NCBI RefSeq assembly: GCF_036588685.1
Contig: NC_086382.1
Location: 64,790,001-64,854,000 of the forward strand
Length of the DNA stretch: 64,000 bases
Direction of reading: 5' to 3'
DNA from: Mytilus trossulus
Lineage: Eukaryota
The position numbers and the translations under genes were made by a program. Below, piece by piece: positions 1-12,734 of this stretch (positions are counted from its first letter, which is position 1; every line of letters starts with the position of its first letter). The notes beneath the pieces were generated by a model. It was not told where the DNA came from. It ran no database searches and was given only the letters and a program-made list of their open reading frames with translations.

Positions 1-886
1 TATTCCAATTTACAGTCAAATTAATCAGAAACTAGATCACAAGATGTAAGGTTATAGCCGGTCATGGTTTCTTATTTGAGGAAGGATGGATATAATATTA
101 AAAGTTGTTTATTATTATCAGGTTGTGTCAATAGCTACGATTACTTAAAGATTAACATGCTTAAGCGACATTTGTTTGTAATCGGAAGACAATTGTACAA
201 TTCATTTTCCATAACAATTAAAATAACCTAAACAAAGTGTAAGACATTGTTTAAATACCATGTTCGTGTAAGGGCTGCATGATTTTGTTCAGATATTTCA
301 AGAATTAATGACTTTTTGATAATGAAATAACTTCTTCCAAACATAACATATGCTGTTAATTGTATATAAAATTGAGAATGGAAATGGGGAATGTGTCAAA
401 GAGACAACAACCCGACCAAAATAAAAAAACACAACAGCAGAAGGTCACCAACAGGTCTTCAATGTAGCGAGAAATTCCCGCACCCGGAGGCGTCCTTCAG
501 CTGGCCCCTAAACAAATATATACTAGTTCAGTGATAATGAACGCCATACTAATTTCCAAATTGTACACAAGAAACTAAAATTTAAATAATACAAGACTAA
601 CAAAGGCCAGAGGCTCCTGACTTGGGACAGGCGCAAAAATGCGGCGGGGTTAAACATGTTTGTGAGATCTCAACCCTCCCCCTATACCTCTAACCAGTGT
701 AGAAAAGTTAAAGCATAACAATACGCACATTAAAATTCAGTTCAAGAGAAGTCCGAGTCTGATGTCAGAAGATGTAACCAAAGAAAATAAACAAAATGAC
801 AATAATACATAAATAACAACAGACTACTAGCAGTTAACTGACATGCCAGCTCCAGACTTCAATTAAACTGACTGAAAGATTATGAT

Positions 887-960
887 TTCATCATATGAAC
901 ATCAGGCACAATCCTTCCCGTAAGGGGTTTAGTATCATACCATCATAACATATATGAGAA
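887..960 (-). ncRNA. SECIS element (form 2) in PLE 3' UTR
   Basis: Minus strand reads UUCUCAUAUAUGUU-AUGAU-GGUAUGAUACU-AAA-CCCCUUACGGG-A-AGGAUUGUGCC-UGAU-GUUCAUAUGAUGAA. It has the AUGA/UGA core, an 11-bp helix II (10 of 11 pairs incl. G-U), unpaired AAA, an apical mini-stem CCC/GGG and helix I UCAUAU/AUAUGA. Confidence 0.8.
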
Positions 961-1007
961 GAACATAACCCGTGTCATGCCAACAACTGTTATTAGAATA
1001 AATGTGT

Positions 1008-1395
1008 TTAGTTCCGACGCAAAGACCTTATCAGTGACTCAATATTAACGCCAAAATATGCAATCTTTAATGACTTGACAACAGTATCGTAATTATATCC
1101 CTTCTTAATAAGTCTATTCAAAGGTTTTGTAAGTTTATGAGGTGAATACTGACACCTTTGTGCTTTATAAAGAATATTTCCATAAAAAATTGGATGTGAA
1201 ATACCTGAACGTATAAAAAGTCTGCATGTTGAGCTATATTTACGAATGATGTCTTTATACCGATGATAAAATTTAGTAAATGTTTTGACTAGTTTGTGAT
1301 ATCGAAAACCCTGGTGTAATAATTTTTCAGTAATACACAAATTTCTCTCGTTAAAATCTAAAACATTGTTACATACACGAGCGAATCGTACAAGT
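1008..1395 (-). pseudogene. C-terminal fragment of PLE reverse transcriptase ORF
   Basis: ORF track 1008..1340 matches the last 110 aa of ORF 57423..58238 apart from the start residue and one K/T change. Homology extends to 1395. Confidence 0.85.
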
Positions 1396-1924
1396 ATGCA
1401 CGCTCAGAATATGTTGAATTCTCACCATATTATCAGTTAAAGTGATGTGTAGAAATTATTTTGTATTTGTCAATTTCAGATAAAGACATTTCACTAGATG
1501 AATTCAAACATCCACAATGTCTTAATAACATCATATTATTTTACACAAAACCATCGATGCCTAAGACATGTAGAGCGATATTTTGTGATAATTTTATGAC
1601 ATCTCATTACAAACTATAGTAAGACATGTGTCCGTAAATTAATGAATTTTGTCGAAATTTCAAGAATATGTCGTAAATGTTATAGCCGATGTTATCTTTT
1701 ACGCTATGCTTGTAAAACTGTCTTATAATTTATAACTTTCAGATACCATGGATAATATTAATGAAGAATGTTAACATTTTAACACACTTACCAATTTATT
1801 ACATCTTTATTTTTTCAATGCAATGTTGATATATTGGCACAAATCTGAAATGAAATTTAGAAATGTACATATATATTTGTGTACCACATATATTAGCCAA
1901 AAGGAAAATGTTAGTAAATAAAGG

Positions 1925-2110
1925 CAATGGTAGCATAACGTTTTTTAAAAGTCTATAATCAATTAATCGAAAGCAAATCCGGGTCACAAACCAATACCGC
2001 GGCAAAAATTATAACAGTGATAAAAAACACCAACGAAATTACAAAAAAAAGAACTGTATCAAAAACAAATCCAACATACATATAAACAGACTATCTCATA
2101 ACAAAAAACC
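1925..2110. repeat. Dispersed repeat family D, degenerate copy
   Basis: Shares the AAAAGTC-TAATC-ATT...AAATCCGGGTCACAAAC...CAACATACATA pattern with 10030-10200, 17790-17965 and 39325-39490. Confidence 0.55.
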
Positions 2111-3709
2111 ATAGAGATAGTAACACAATATGTTTCTTTTAGAAGTTAAAGTAGAAAATCTGTCGATTAAATTTAAATTCTATTCTGTAATGAGTAATTG
2201 TATAGATTTGTAAAGAATGAGTTCAAACGCGGGTTTATGAAGATGATGATTAACCTAACCATATCTTTTATACTTTAGATTTTAAACAAGTGTTTGCTTT
2301 TTGCTTTTTAGGAGTGCGGTGATAGTCTCAAATAAACGTCTGAACACAACATACTTTTTTAATTGCATCTAATATAAGAGTATGTCAATAAGCAAACCCA
2401 TGTTATAATTCGAAATCTAATACCACTATTTGTTCGCCGTCATACAGAAAATAGCAGAACAACTAACGCAGCGTTTGATAAAATACACAAATGACAAAAA
2501 TCGTTTCCAGGAAGTGCGTAAAAAGTAAAAGATGAACGTTTATGAAAATACTGCAACAGAAATGATAAAACAATAACACCCCCCCTCCCCCCGGTACTGA
2601 TAAACTTTAAACCAAAGTTATAAAAATGAAGAAAATACACAAAATAAAGAGAGGATATCAACCTAGCAAAACCCGAAATTATATAATTATCTCATATAAA
2701 CTTATGTGATAACTGCTAAACAATCCGTAAAAAACAAAGAACCAAACACATTGGAAATTAAATTAATAAAATTGATCTTCATTAAGATTGGTTAATATCA
2801 TTTATAAAACTGCAGGAGTTTCTTCAAATCAGAACCGAACAATCAGAACAATTGCAAATTTAGTTATAAGTGACAATAAAAGTTTCAGATATAATTGCTG
2901 CACCACGGACCATCTTTAATGAGCAAGTTTCCGAGTACACAAAAAGGGAATGAAAAAAAAGTTGAATTTTTGTTAAACTGCGTGTGATAATTTAAATTGT
3001 TCGTTTGTTACTTTGAATATTTTTTTTGTAATATTTTATGCATGAATTGGAATTATAAAATATCTTATATTTGTCTATTTATTTTAATAAGTTATGAATT
3101 TTCTATCATTCAAGTTCTTTTGTTTGAAATAAATCAAGCAAAACATTGCCCTAATTGCATGTGTTTATTTTTTTGCGTTCCAAATAAGAATTACCATATG
3201 CTGATGTACGTTTTTGTTTATTTATTGTTATCAAAAACAATAATTGATACACCTAAGAACATAAAACCAAAATAGATTTCAAGAGGTTAACATATTAAGT
3301 ACAGAGTTCATGATTTTCCATAGTATTTCTACAAACAAGATAATAAATTATATGATATTACAATTAATCATGACAAACTGTGTATGGACTGTACGAGAAG
3401 TACTTCCCTTAATGTTCCTTTCAGACTGATGTAGGAGATAGTTAATTTAAATCACTTAAAAAAGTTAGTTGGAAAAGATGTTCAAAAAAATAATTTCTTG
3501 TTTACTTGCTTACTGCAATCAATGTATATCAAATAAATAAGTAAAGGACTACAATAACTTTGATCCTGAATATTGTATACTAAATTTGCACACAAAAAAA
3601 ACAACATGTAAGCATATTGTCGTGATAATTCGTTCGATATTTGTATCATCATTTCAGCCCTAATCTTATTGTTTTAATTTAACGGTTGGAATTTTCTTAG
3701 CTTCTGAAA

Positions 3710-3912
3710 TCGCATCCAGTGTTAAATTAAATGCGAAATAAACAGATAACACCATGCCTAAAAAAGAAACAGACAAACCAAAGTACAAATGAGACAACTT
3801 AGAAAACGCATGACTGAGCAATGCGAAACCCAATAAACACTTAAGGTGATCTCGGGTGCCCCGAAAGGGTAAACAGATCACACTCCATAAGTTGCACCTT
3901 TCGTGTTGCTAA
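3710..3912 (-). mobile_element. PLE family C 3' UTR remnant
   Basis: Reverse complement AACACGAAAGGTGC...TTACCCTTTCGGGGCACCCGAGATCACC aligns with 22155-22250 (+), which follows a PLE ORF end. Confidence 0.65.
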
Positions 3913-4664
3913 CTTTAAAACATATAAACATGCCTTAGGGAGTAAAAACTTTAGCATCTTATTAGTCTAACTACGAAGCTTGTCCATCTATTTCATTTGA
4001 AAAATGTCACGAAAAAAAAAGGTATATCGTTAAAACAACTTTAAAAGTATGTCGAAAACTTATTCCGATTGATCAGAGAACCCAATTTGCGGTTTACATG
4101 TCTGATGTAAAACTTTATATTTTGTATAAGTTCTGTAACATAAAGAAACTTCGACCACAAATCTGATAGAGTTGATTATATACAAAAAACTTACATAACA
4201 TATATTCATTGAAAGCTTGCCATCAGGAAAATAATTTGGTTTTACCGATACATTTTTATGTTATTTACATGATTATATCACTACATGATAGATATTACGT
4301 TTATCTTTTACACAGAGGGGCATCTTCTGACAGATAAAAACATGAAAGTTTCTAAAATGATAATCATTAGCGGCTCTACTTATTCAATGCAACATAGTGT
4401 ACCAAAGGGTGAAGGATCGTAGAGGGCGCAGTTGTTTAACCAATAACATAATAGAGTACATAACATATGTGTTACGTATAAGGAAGAGTATAGTCCTTGG
4501 AATACTGGTGATGTGGGTAAAACATATTGTCTATACATGCAGCAAACAAATACCACAAGGAAATACAAACTGTAATCTACAGCACAAATACAAATAATGT
4601 TACAAACCACATTCATATGACAGACACTACATTGGAATAATAAGATGAATGTTGTAATTGTACA

Positions 4665-5260
4665 CAATAAAAGAGAGGCAAATGATACCAACAGATATAT
4701 TAACGTATAAGTAAAAAAAACCCGGAAAATACGAAAAGACTGACAGCAGTTTACAGGCCTCAGCATTACAACTGAAGACTGAGCATCATGAATCCCACAA
4801 AAAATCGAATATGGTCTCAAGTGCTCCTGAAGGATGCTTATGTCTTGTTTCACATGTGACACTCATCGTATTTCACATGCAAGTACACACATGATAATAT
4901 GGTAAAATCACTTGGTCAAAAACTGGCACAATATGACGGGAATGTGTTACCACACTTTGAACATATCTTTTGTCACTTATGAACACATATTAAATAACGG
5001 TCAGATAACTGTTGATAATATCTGTAAAAGTTTGAAATTTCAGTAGCTTCCTTGTACGCAAACCTCTAATATTCAGCAAATGAAGATAGTGAATGCCACC
5101 TCTGAATTATCGCGTCAGCTAGGATATATATACTCAATACGCAGGCGTAGTTTAAATGATATTACAGATAAATTGAAACTTGTAAAATGGAAAGCTGGAA
5201 ATATCAATGTTGTCGTAGAATTTTGTTTGAATCGATCTACATTATTTTCAATTTCTTAGT
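4665..5260 (-). mobile_element. Decayed PLE (family C) with RT remnant and 3' UTR
   Basis: 5101-5230 minus translates to QTKFYDNIDISSFPFYKFQFICNII*TTPAY*VYIS*LTR*FR, which aligns with TKIYDKRDDFSFPIVNYPFLDGDVPLSPSYGVYISQLVRFAR of the young element. The 3' UTR motif is at 4775-4875. Confidence 0.7.
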
Positions 5261-8200
5261 TTGAATGTCCCTCTGTTATCAATCGCCCACTTTTAAGCCT
5301 TTATTTTGTGAAAAAAAAACAGTTTCAACATCATACGATGTATGAAAGGGTCTTTATGGTTTTATCTCTAGTTGGCCTCCATGACTACACATCACAGGAA
5401 GTCAAATAAAAAAGTTCACTTCTGATGACTGCATTGCTTAACTTTACAAGGCTAACGTTGTTGTATAACGAAGATAGTGCGTCAAAAGCTCGGGTAAAGG
5501 TAGCAGATTCCCACAGAGTGATAAGTTATATGGGTTGTCTGCTTGTGCATTCCATTATTGATATTTCATTCGTAAATTAAAACTAAAGCCTTTGCTTTTT
5601 AGAACATTTGTATCTAATTGAAAAGCTTTCTTTTCGAATGTTTTCTACAGAAACTTTGCAAACGCAGAAACTTTACGAATATTCCTATTTCAATAAGGAT
5701 GATTCCTTCACACATTCAATGGACATTTCAACAGAACCAAACATTACATTTGCCTTTTCTACGTTCGATGTAAAGGTAAATACAAATGCAATATGTTTAT
5801 AAAGCTTGATTTGAAGATGTGGACAAATGATGTAATGTGTACCCATGTTTTATTAGCAAAAAACATACCATTTAGTATGCCTGTATTCAATCGAAATAAA
5901 TCAATCGAGAGTAATCAACAAAATGCAATAGACCTTATAATCCTCACGTAACTAGTCAATGTCTAATGTCTTATGCAGACATAAAACATATATCTAAGTG
6001 ACAAAACTAATGATTTGTTTTTCTTTTTTAAGCAACAGTATTGGTAATACATTTACTATACAGAAAGTACAGTTTCCGACTCTTTTGCTTGACTCTTTTG
6101 CACTATTATTATAGCAAAGAGCTAATGCCGTTTCGTCTTTTCACTCCAAACAGTTATATACTTTTATCATGTTTTGTCAAATCAATTATAAAATCATTGC
6201 ATTGTAAGAACGCTATATTAAAAAGGAAATTTCAAACTAAAATAGTTGGAAACACTTACCGTCAATTATTGATTTTAGTACTCCAAATTAGATATTAAAA
6301 AAAATATTTCAACATTAAACAAGAAACGCTTACAGTAAATGAAGACGTTGTTTAAATATTGTGTAATATGTATGCTTAATGTACATATTGTATGCTTCGA
6401 CACTGCGTGGGTAGAAAAAAAGACAGAAGGCGTCTAAAGCACGTGCAATACCATGTATTGCCACACCTAAAATAAAAGACAACTTTATTATGATTGGAAC
6501 TGTAGATCTCTTATATTTATCGATTGTATATTGCCGATATAATCCATTTTTTGAATACTTAAATCATACTACAAGTTTACTACTATATGTAAGTATAGGC
6601 CCCAACTAAAAAATAATCAGTTTATTTGTGATGATCCTTAATATTCCACTGGGTATATTAACAAAAACAAAGCTCCGTTAAGATAATGTTTTATAGCAAG
6701 CAAGATCCGTTTGTTGTATTTCAAGCCAAAAACGGAGTATGTCTTTCACAAATAAACAAATGTGATGTTTTCAGCTTATTATTTCTTCTGATACATTACT
6801 TATATACGATGTTAAATAATCTCTCAAATTATCTATGAGTCGAATAAATTACTGATTTTGATCAACGAAGTAGTGAAAAATGTGTCCATAGCATAATTTT
6901 TCTTGACAGAAGAGCAAATATATATAACTGAAGTTGTACTGTTTGATTGCATTACTTCGAACTATTTATCATTGCTGAAAGATGCATAATTCACCTTTTC
7001 AAGTGGTAATTCTAGAACTATCGAGAAGCACAAATCAGTAATCAAATTTTGCTAGCAGCTGAACTTTTCAAGTCTTTATTTACGGAATAATCTACTGCTG
7101 TTTGTCAATTCTTTAAAATATACATCTCTTTATAGTGGAAGAGTTTTCCAGTCTGTTTGTAATTATATTTCTGCAGTTGTTTTTGAGATAAATGCTGACA
7201 TCGGCACTACACTATTTCAACGGTCAACTCCATGAATTGATTGACAGATACGATACGATATGTCTATAAATTTGCACTTTTTAGTATTTACTATTAAAGA
7301 AATAGGATTTTTTTAAATGGTAGAATTGTGTGAAATAATATTGTTATCTTTAAATGCTTTGCATGTCCGATTCTCAGTGTTTAAGACACACTCATATATA
7401 TATATTCATGCCTTTCAAATGTCCTGGTTTGAAATTTGTTTTAAAGGTGATTCTAGAGTAGAATAGTGGACGCACGTTTTTCACAAAGTGTTTGCTTAGT
7501 TGAGAAAGTTCTGAAAACAAATTGTACAAATTAACATAATGCTTTTTCTGTAGGTTTTTGTTTTAAATCTAAATGATTGTCTGCAATGTGAAACCAACAA
7601 ATTAGGACTAAAATGTATTTTCAAGTAATGATATGACAACATTTAACTTATATAAATTTTGTTGTTCATTTAATATGAAATTTTGACAGCAATATTTACA
7701 CACTCATGTAAATGTCGTTCTGATCAATCTAATTTTACTTTGTCGATTACGGTCCTTGGAAATGTGTGACAATTTTTTATAGTTTTTAAGAGTACACTCA
7801 GATATATTTACCCTTTCAACACTATAAAGCTTCATATCCGTTAAAAGGTCAGACCGAAACTGCTTAGTTTCAATCTTCAAGGAATGTTTTATTTATGTCA
7901 TAGAGTTTTATTTTGGATAAGCAGTTAATTTCCTGCAATAACATCAATAACTAATTGTCAAGTCGAGTTGCGTGTAATTGTTTTACGCAAATACAGTCCA
8001 TTGATGTTTTCTATATAGTAAGTATAAAAAGAAGAACTTTTAATATCATTTTTCAGGTAATAAAATATACTTATCTAAATGTTTAATTATCTCAAATCTC
8101 GTTTTGAATGTAAATTTAAGTAATATATTTATTGATCGCTTTTATCTATCTAGCATAATGATATGCAGAAAAAAATGTTTTCTTCTGATTTCACATTCTA

Positions 8201-8537
8201 TCAATTATAACAAAGGTTCAGTTTGAGACTGAGCGACACTAAATTTCATGCGTTAAACCTCATAAAGATGTTCAACGATAAACTTTTAACGGGGTTTGCT
8301 CATTGTTGAAGACCACACAAACAATAGTTATTATTTTCGTCCCTGTTTGTTTGTCAATAAATTCGTAGTCATCATATGTCCTTGTTTGTATACCTCTATA
8401 TTACCTTAAATCGCCGACCTTGTATTTATGCATAATATATTTCTACGTGATTAGGAAATCTAAGGTTGATATTAGGATAATGATTAAATGCAGTCACCTT
8501 ATTGAAAACAAATTCAACAATTAAAAATGGTGATGAC

Positions 8538-8622
8538 TTTTTCACAAAGATTTTAAGATATGATAGGAATAAAATTAAACTTTTTAACAAAGATTTTAGG
8601 ATATGATAGAATTAAAATTAAA
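8538..8622. repeat. ~42-bp tandem duplication
   Basis: TTTTCACAAAGATTTTAAGATATGATAGGAATAAAATTAAA is followed by TTTTAACAAAGATTTTAGGATATGATAGAATTAAAATTAAA. Confidence 0.8.
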
Positions 8623-9706
8623 TAGGTTGTAACCCAGTTGAAACACTGCGAGTCGGCTTCCATAGCTTCATGAAAACGTTATCATTGGGTCGACGTTCAA
8701 CGCATTCAGCTTAATCCTTATTAGGTTGTAGTCACTTCCTATATACAATGACATTAAAGGCACATTTCTAGTCCTGTTTTCCAGGATCGTTAATAGTTGA
8801 GTTCCTTTTACTTGATTATAAAGTCTAATCAACATGGTGGTTTATTGTTTTGACGTTTTATTACTGTTTTAAATAGAGGACCACAAATACACGTCTTGTA
8901 AATAAAAGCAAATTCCAAGTATCCTTCATTGTAAGTTAAATAATGAAAGCTGGAATTCATGTCATCTTTTTCTGAACTATTAATGCTATTAAACATGATA
9001 GTATCTTCAAATGCCTAAATCAAAATCAATAAATCTGATAAAAATACATTTTACATGAAATTGATAAATTAAAACTAGGCGGTGATATGCATTCTTTCGG
9101 CAGAATTTCCGTCATACAATGAAAGAAACACAGACTAATTTAGAGCAAATATGATAATACGTTGAATACAGTCCCAGATAAAATGTCTGGTAACGAATAT
9201 GTTCCTATATCTCATGAGAGGCATCGTTACTTTGAAACGGAAATACATTCATATAAAGCTGAGGTTTTGCACGTCGTAAAATCGAATTGGACCCAACACT
9301 ATCAATTTTCAAGAAAGCTTTCAGAATAGAAAGAAAAAGTAAATAAAAAGGACTGGTTTTGGAAAATATAACACATGTCTGAAATTGCAGTTTCTGCAAA
9401 ATGTAGAACAGAGTATGTTATGAATAGTTAGTCGATGTATATATTTGTTACAATGTTTACGTAGTTATTTTTTTTGTGACTTGCGAGGGAGGTTCTAGGG
9501 AAAACGTGTCTTGCTAAAATTCACGTGTCTTAACTCGTGAATAGTCGTCTAATGTAAAAAGGTAAATAAACAGTTATTGTTCTGAAAAGATGCGTTTTTC
9601 ATTTGTAGTAAATCCATCTCCGGTATTAGAATCCCAACAGTATCGTTATAATCTATTTTAGACATGACGAAGATCTTAATTGAAAAGAAGTTGGCTATAT
9701 ATATAT

Positions 9707-9998
9707 ATATACAATGCAGTAATCTATCAGCCACATTAACCGCTATTACGTCTTCATGCACTGTTCTTCACGTACATGTCGAAATCAAATTGATTAGAAT
9801 AGTTTTACGTTTGATAAACAATACTGTTTATTTATGAGCCACTGTATCTACATGCACTGTTTAATTACGTACATGTCAAGTTCAAATTAACTAAAATAAT
9901 TTGATATTTAGCATACAATGTTGATATTTCAGCAACTATTTCGACTCCGTGCACTGTTTTTTAAATACATGTTACATTCAAATTGGTGTAAATATATT
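9707..9998. repeat. Degenerate ~96-bp tandem repeat, 3 units
   Basis: C(A/G)TGCACTGTT...TACATGT...TCAAATT recurs at ~9755, ~9851 and ~9948, each preceded by ACAAT...AGC(C/A)AC. Confidence 0.7.
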
Positions 9999-10029
9999 GC
10001 CTTAAATTTACTCCCCCATGCCAATGCAA

Positions 10030-10200
10030 AAACAGCAACAGTCGTTTACCGTTATTCAAAAGACATAAATCGATTGAGAAAAAACGAAATCAATGAAACA
10101 AAAGAAACATTGAAGTGCAAAAAAAAACAACACAAAAAACGACAATGCAACCCACACAGCAACAACATATAAAATAATAACTGCCATTTTCTGACTTTCG
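10030..10200. repeat. Dispersed repeat family D copy
   Basis: TTCAAAAGACATAAATCGATTGAG...GAAACATTGAAGTGCAA...AACTGCCATTTTCTGACTT aligns with 17790-17965 and 39325-39490. Confidence 0.6.
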
Positions 10201-11849
10201 AAGTCGGCTAGAAAAATGTTAAATTATTGTTTTCAATGTATCAATGATACTGTACATCACATCGATGCCAAAACAATATGTACAATTTTGTTATCTTAAT
10301 TCATCGTTATCGTAACCTTTGCACTTGAAATATGAATACAGTGTCTTTTCAAATTCATGAAACAAAAATTTGATTTTAGAAATTTTACTTGCAGTATACA
10401 AAACAAAAGGGGAATATAAAAAAAGCGAAAAAAAGATAGAATTTTGAAACGAATTGTAAGAAAAGAGGTTTTATAATAAGTTTTGAGAAAAATAAAAGAA
10501 AAAATGGTTTCACCAAACTGTTTTTCTTGCTACAAGTGAAAATACAAAATTTCACTATCAGTCCAATATAATGTTTTTAATAAAAGAATTATCTACTCTT
10601 AAATGACTTAGTTGACAAAATAATTTTTCTAAAAATAATTATTGGCCATTTGTTTTTATATTTTGTATAATGCAATTAAACACCAAGTTTTTAAGTATTT
10701 AAACAAACAGTCTGACCAATAAATTGCAGATCTGTCTCCAAATTTGCAGATTTGGGCAAATAACTCGAACGATTGTGTACTGCGATTGTACAATCCAAGA
10801 TGGCGGTATATCAAGAATCTACCATAAAACGTTCCGAAGGTAGCGAAAACCTTAGTACAAGCACGATTTAATCAACATTATTTTAATTATTCGGTGCCAT
10901 CTTATATGAAAACCAGTTCGTGACACGTTTTTGTTATGGACATTGTAAATGTTTATATTTTTATACCAGGTTCACATTATATTAAAAATATGCAGTGAAA
11001 ATGTACACGACTAACCAAGATTTCCTGAAAAATAGAACTTTTCTTAAGTATGATCAGAAAGCTGTTCTAATTGACGGTCGAACTTTTATTGACTATTTGG
11101 AAAATAAAAGAATTATCAAAATTTACTTTAAGATTATTCAATAACTAAACAAAAATGATAAAATTGAATATACTATTCGTCCTCAAATTGCAATGAGAGA
11201 CATATGTGTGGGACACAAGAATAAAATAGATACTATTTTCAGAAACATACCCTATTTTTTAAGAATAATAGTCGAATGGTTGACAAATGATTTAAAAATG
11301 AAGAATAAAGTATAATTTGCTTTCCTCCTTTAATTAAAGAAATATAAAATGAACCAAATGGTGGGGTGTCATAATTATAAAAACGAAAGGATACGTCTAT
11401 CTGATCTGTTTATCAATGACCAGTTAAACTAATTAGTAATAATGATGAAAGCATACCTTATAGACACCATACAGATAAGAAGAAGCGAAATTGTGTAAAA
11501 GATCAGATTTCGAGACCAATTAAAATTATCTAATATAAAATGTGTTTAGTAAGTGCAACAATTATTTTCTGTATTTCTCTGTCGGGAAGACATATAAATT
11601 GAAATTAACCGGTTAAAAAACAAGTGTCAATCTACATTATAATGTTTGTTGAATTAGTATAATTAACGACAACCAATATTTCAGCTCTTGATTTTAATGA
11701 AACTTGTTCATAAATCCAAAGGTGAATTCATATAAACTTGATATTAATGGCAAAATATCATCGTACAAGCAATGTCTAAAACTTAAATAATAATCAACAA
11801 TATTCCGTTATTTATTTTCATTTCTTACTGTACTACTTAACAAAAAAAA

Positions 11850-11935
11850 ACGCATCATAGATACTATAATTTACATATAGTGTATGTATCGTCTACAAAA
11901 GACTCCTCAGTGACACTCGATTCCAAAACATTAAT
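11850..11935 (-). repeat. Degenerate hammerhead-ribozyme (retrozyme-like) repeat fragment
   Basis: Minus strand GTGTCA-CTGAGGA-GTCTTTTGTAGAC-GATA. The GAAA box is mutated and stem III is lost. Confidence 0.6.
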
Positions 11936-12398
11936 AATGAAAAAACTCATCCATGACAGACCGCTTTAAAATTATTCACTATGACATTGTTGAAACATTT
12001 GATCAAAAACAAGAATTATGATTATTTCCAAATAAAAAAGCAAAATCGATGACAGATATGAACCAACGACAATCACTGTTTAACAGCCTCCTCACTTGGA
12101 ACAGCAACACAAATAATGCGGAAGAAAGATGTTGGTCACTGTGAATGCGATATATGTTTTATCCAAGTAAATCCAAAAATTATTAGTCTTATTAAAATTG
12201 TAACACGTGTAATTGTAGAATAACCAGACGTATTTGACAGTTTAACAGATGATAAAAATACCACCCACCAATTCACCTGCAAACGTACAAAAAAAGACAA
12301 ACAGTATATAACAACACATGGCCCAGGTAGCAAGCTGACTTTGTACACGCACCTTTATGCACGCAATAACCTTCTCTATAAAACTGTGCTAATAATAT

Positions 12399-12704
12399 AA
12401 ATAGTTATCATAGGTACCAGGATTATAATTTTGTACGCCTGACGCGCGTTTCGTCTACATAAGACTCATCAGTTACGCTCATATCAAAATATTTAGAAAC
12501 TCAAACAAGTACAAAGTTGAGGAGCATTGAAGATCCAAAATTCCAACGAGTGATGCCAAATACGGCTAAGGAAATCTATGCCTGGGATAAGAAAATCCTT
12601 AGCTGTTCGTAAAATTCAAAGTTTTGTAAACAGGAAATTTATAAAAATGCCCACATTATTGATATTCAAGGCAACATCGAAATGTTAACTACTGAGCTGG
12701 TGAT
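12399..12704 (-). mobile_element. Retrozyme-like non-autonomous repeat (~300-bp partial monomer) carrying a type I hammerhead
   Basis: Contains the hammerhead at 12434-12480. Flanks (GTACCAGG...; AAAGTTGAGGAGCATTGA) are shared with copies at 27805, 54880 and 62755. The extent to 12704 rests on recalled similarity to mussel retrozyme monomers. Confidence 0.65.
12434..12480 (-). ncRNA. Minimal type I hammerhead ribozyme
   Basis: Minus strand GAGCGUAA-CUGAUGA-GUCU UAUGU AGAC-GAAA-C GCGC G-UC^AGGCGU. Core intact, stem II present, palindromic 1-bp stem III. The two core-proximal stem I pairs are mismatched. Confidence 0.8.
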
Positions 12705-12734
12705 ATAAAACATATTTCAAAATTGTCATGTTTG

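Larger units (their letters stand above)
366..1395 (-). mobile_element. 5'-truncated Penelope-like retroelement (Naiad-type), young copy 1: RT C-terminal region plus ~640-bp 3' UTR
   Basis: Nearly identical to 56781-57810 (offset 56415, about six substitutions by eye). Encodes ...NERNLCITEKLLHQGFRYHKL...LRRN*. Identity with copy 2 stops at GTACAAGT (1395). Confidence 0.9.

Noticed and set aside
4380-4862. 160-aa ORF
   Set aside because: It begins inside a PLE 3' UTR remnant, has low-complexity hydrophobic composition typical of AT-rich chance ORFs, and shows no recognisable domain.
10315-10830. Possible non-autonomous DNA-transposon fragment ending CAAGATGGCGG...GAATCTACCATAA
   Set aside because: Single copy in the window, with no matching second terminus or TSD found. 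It rests only on recalled similarity.
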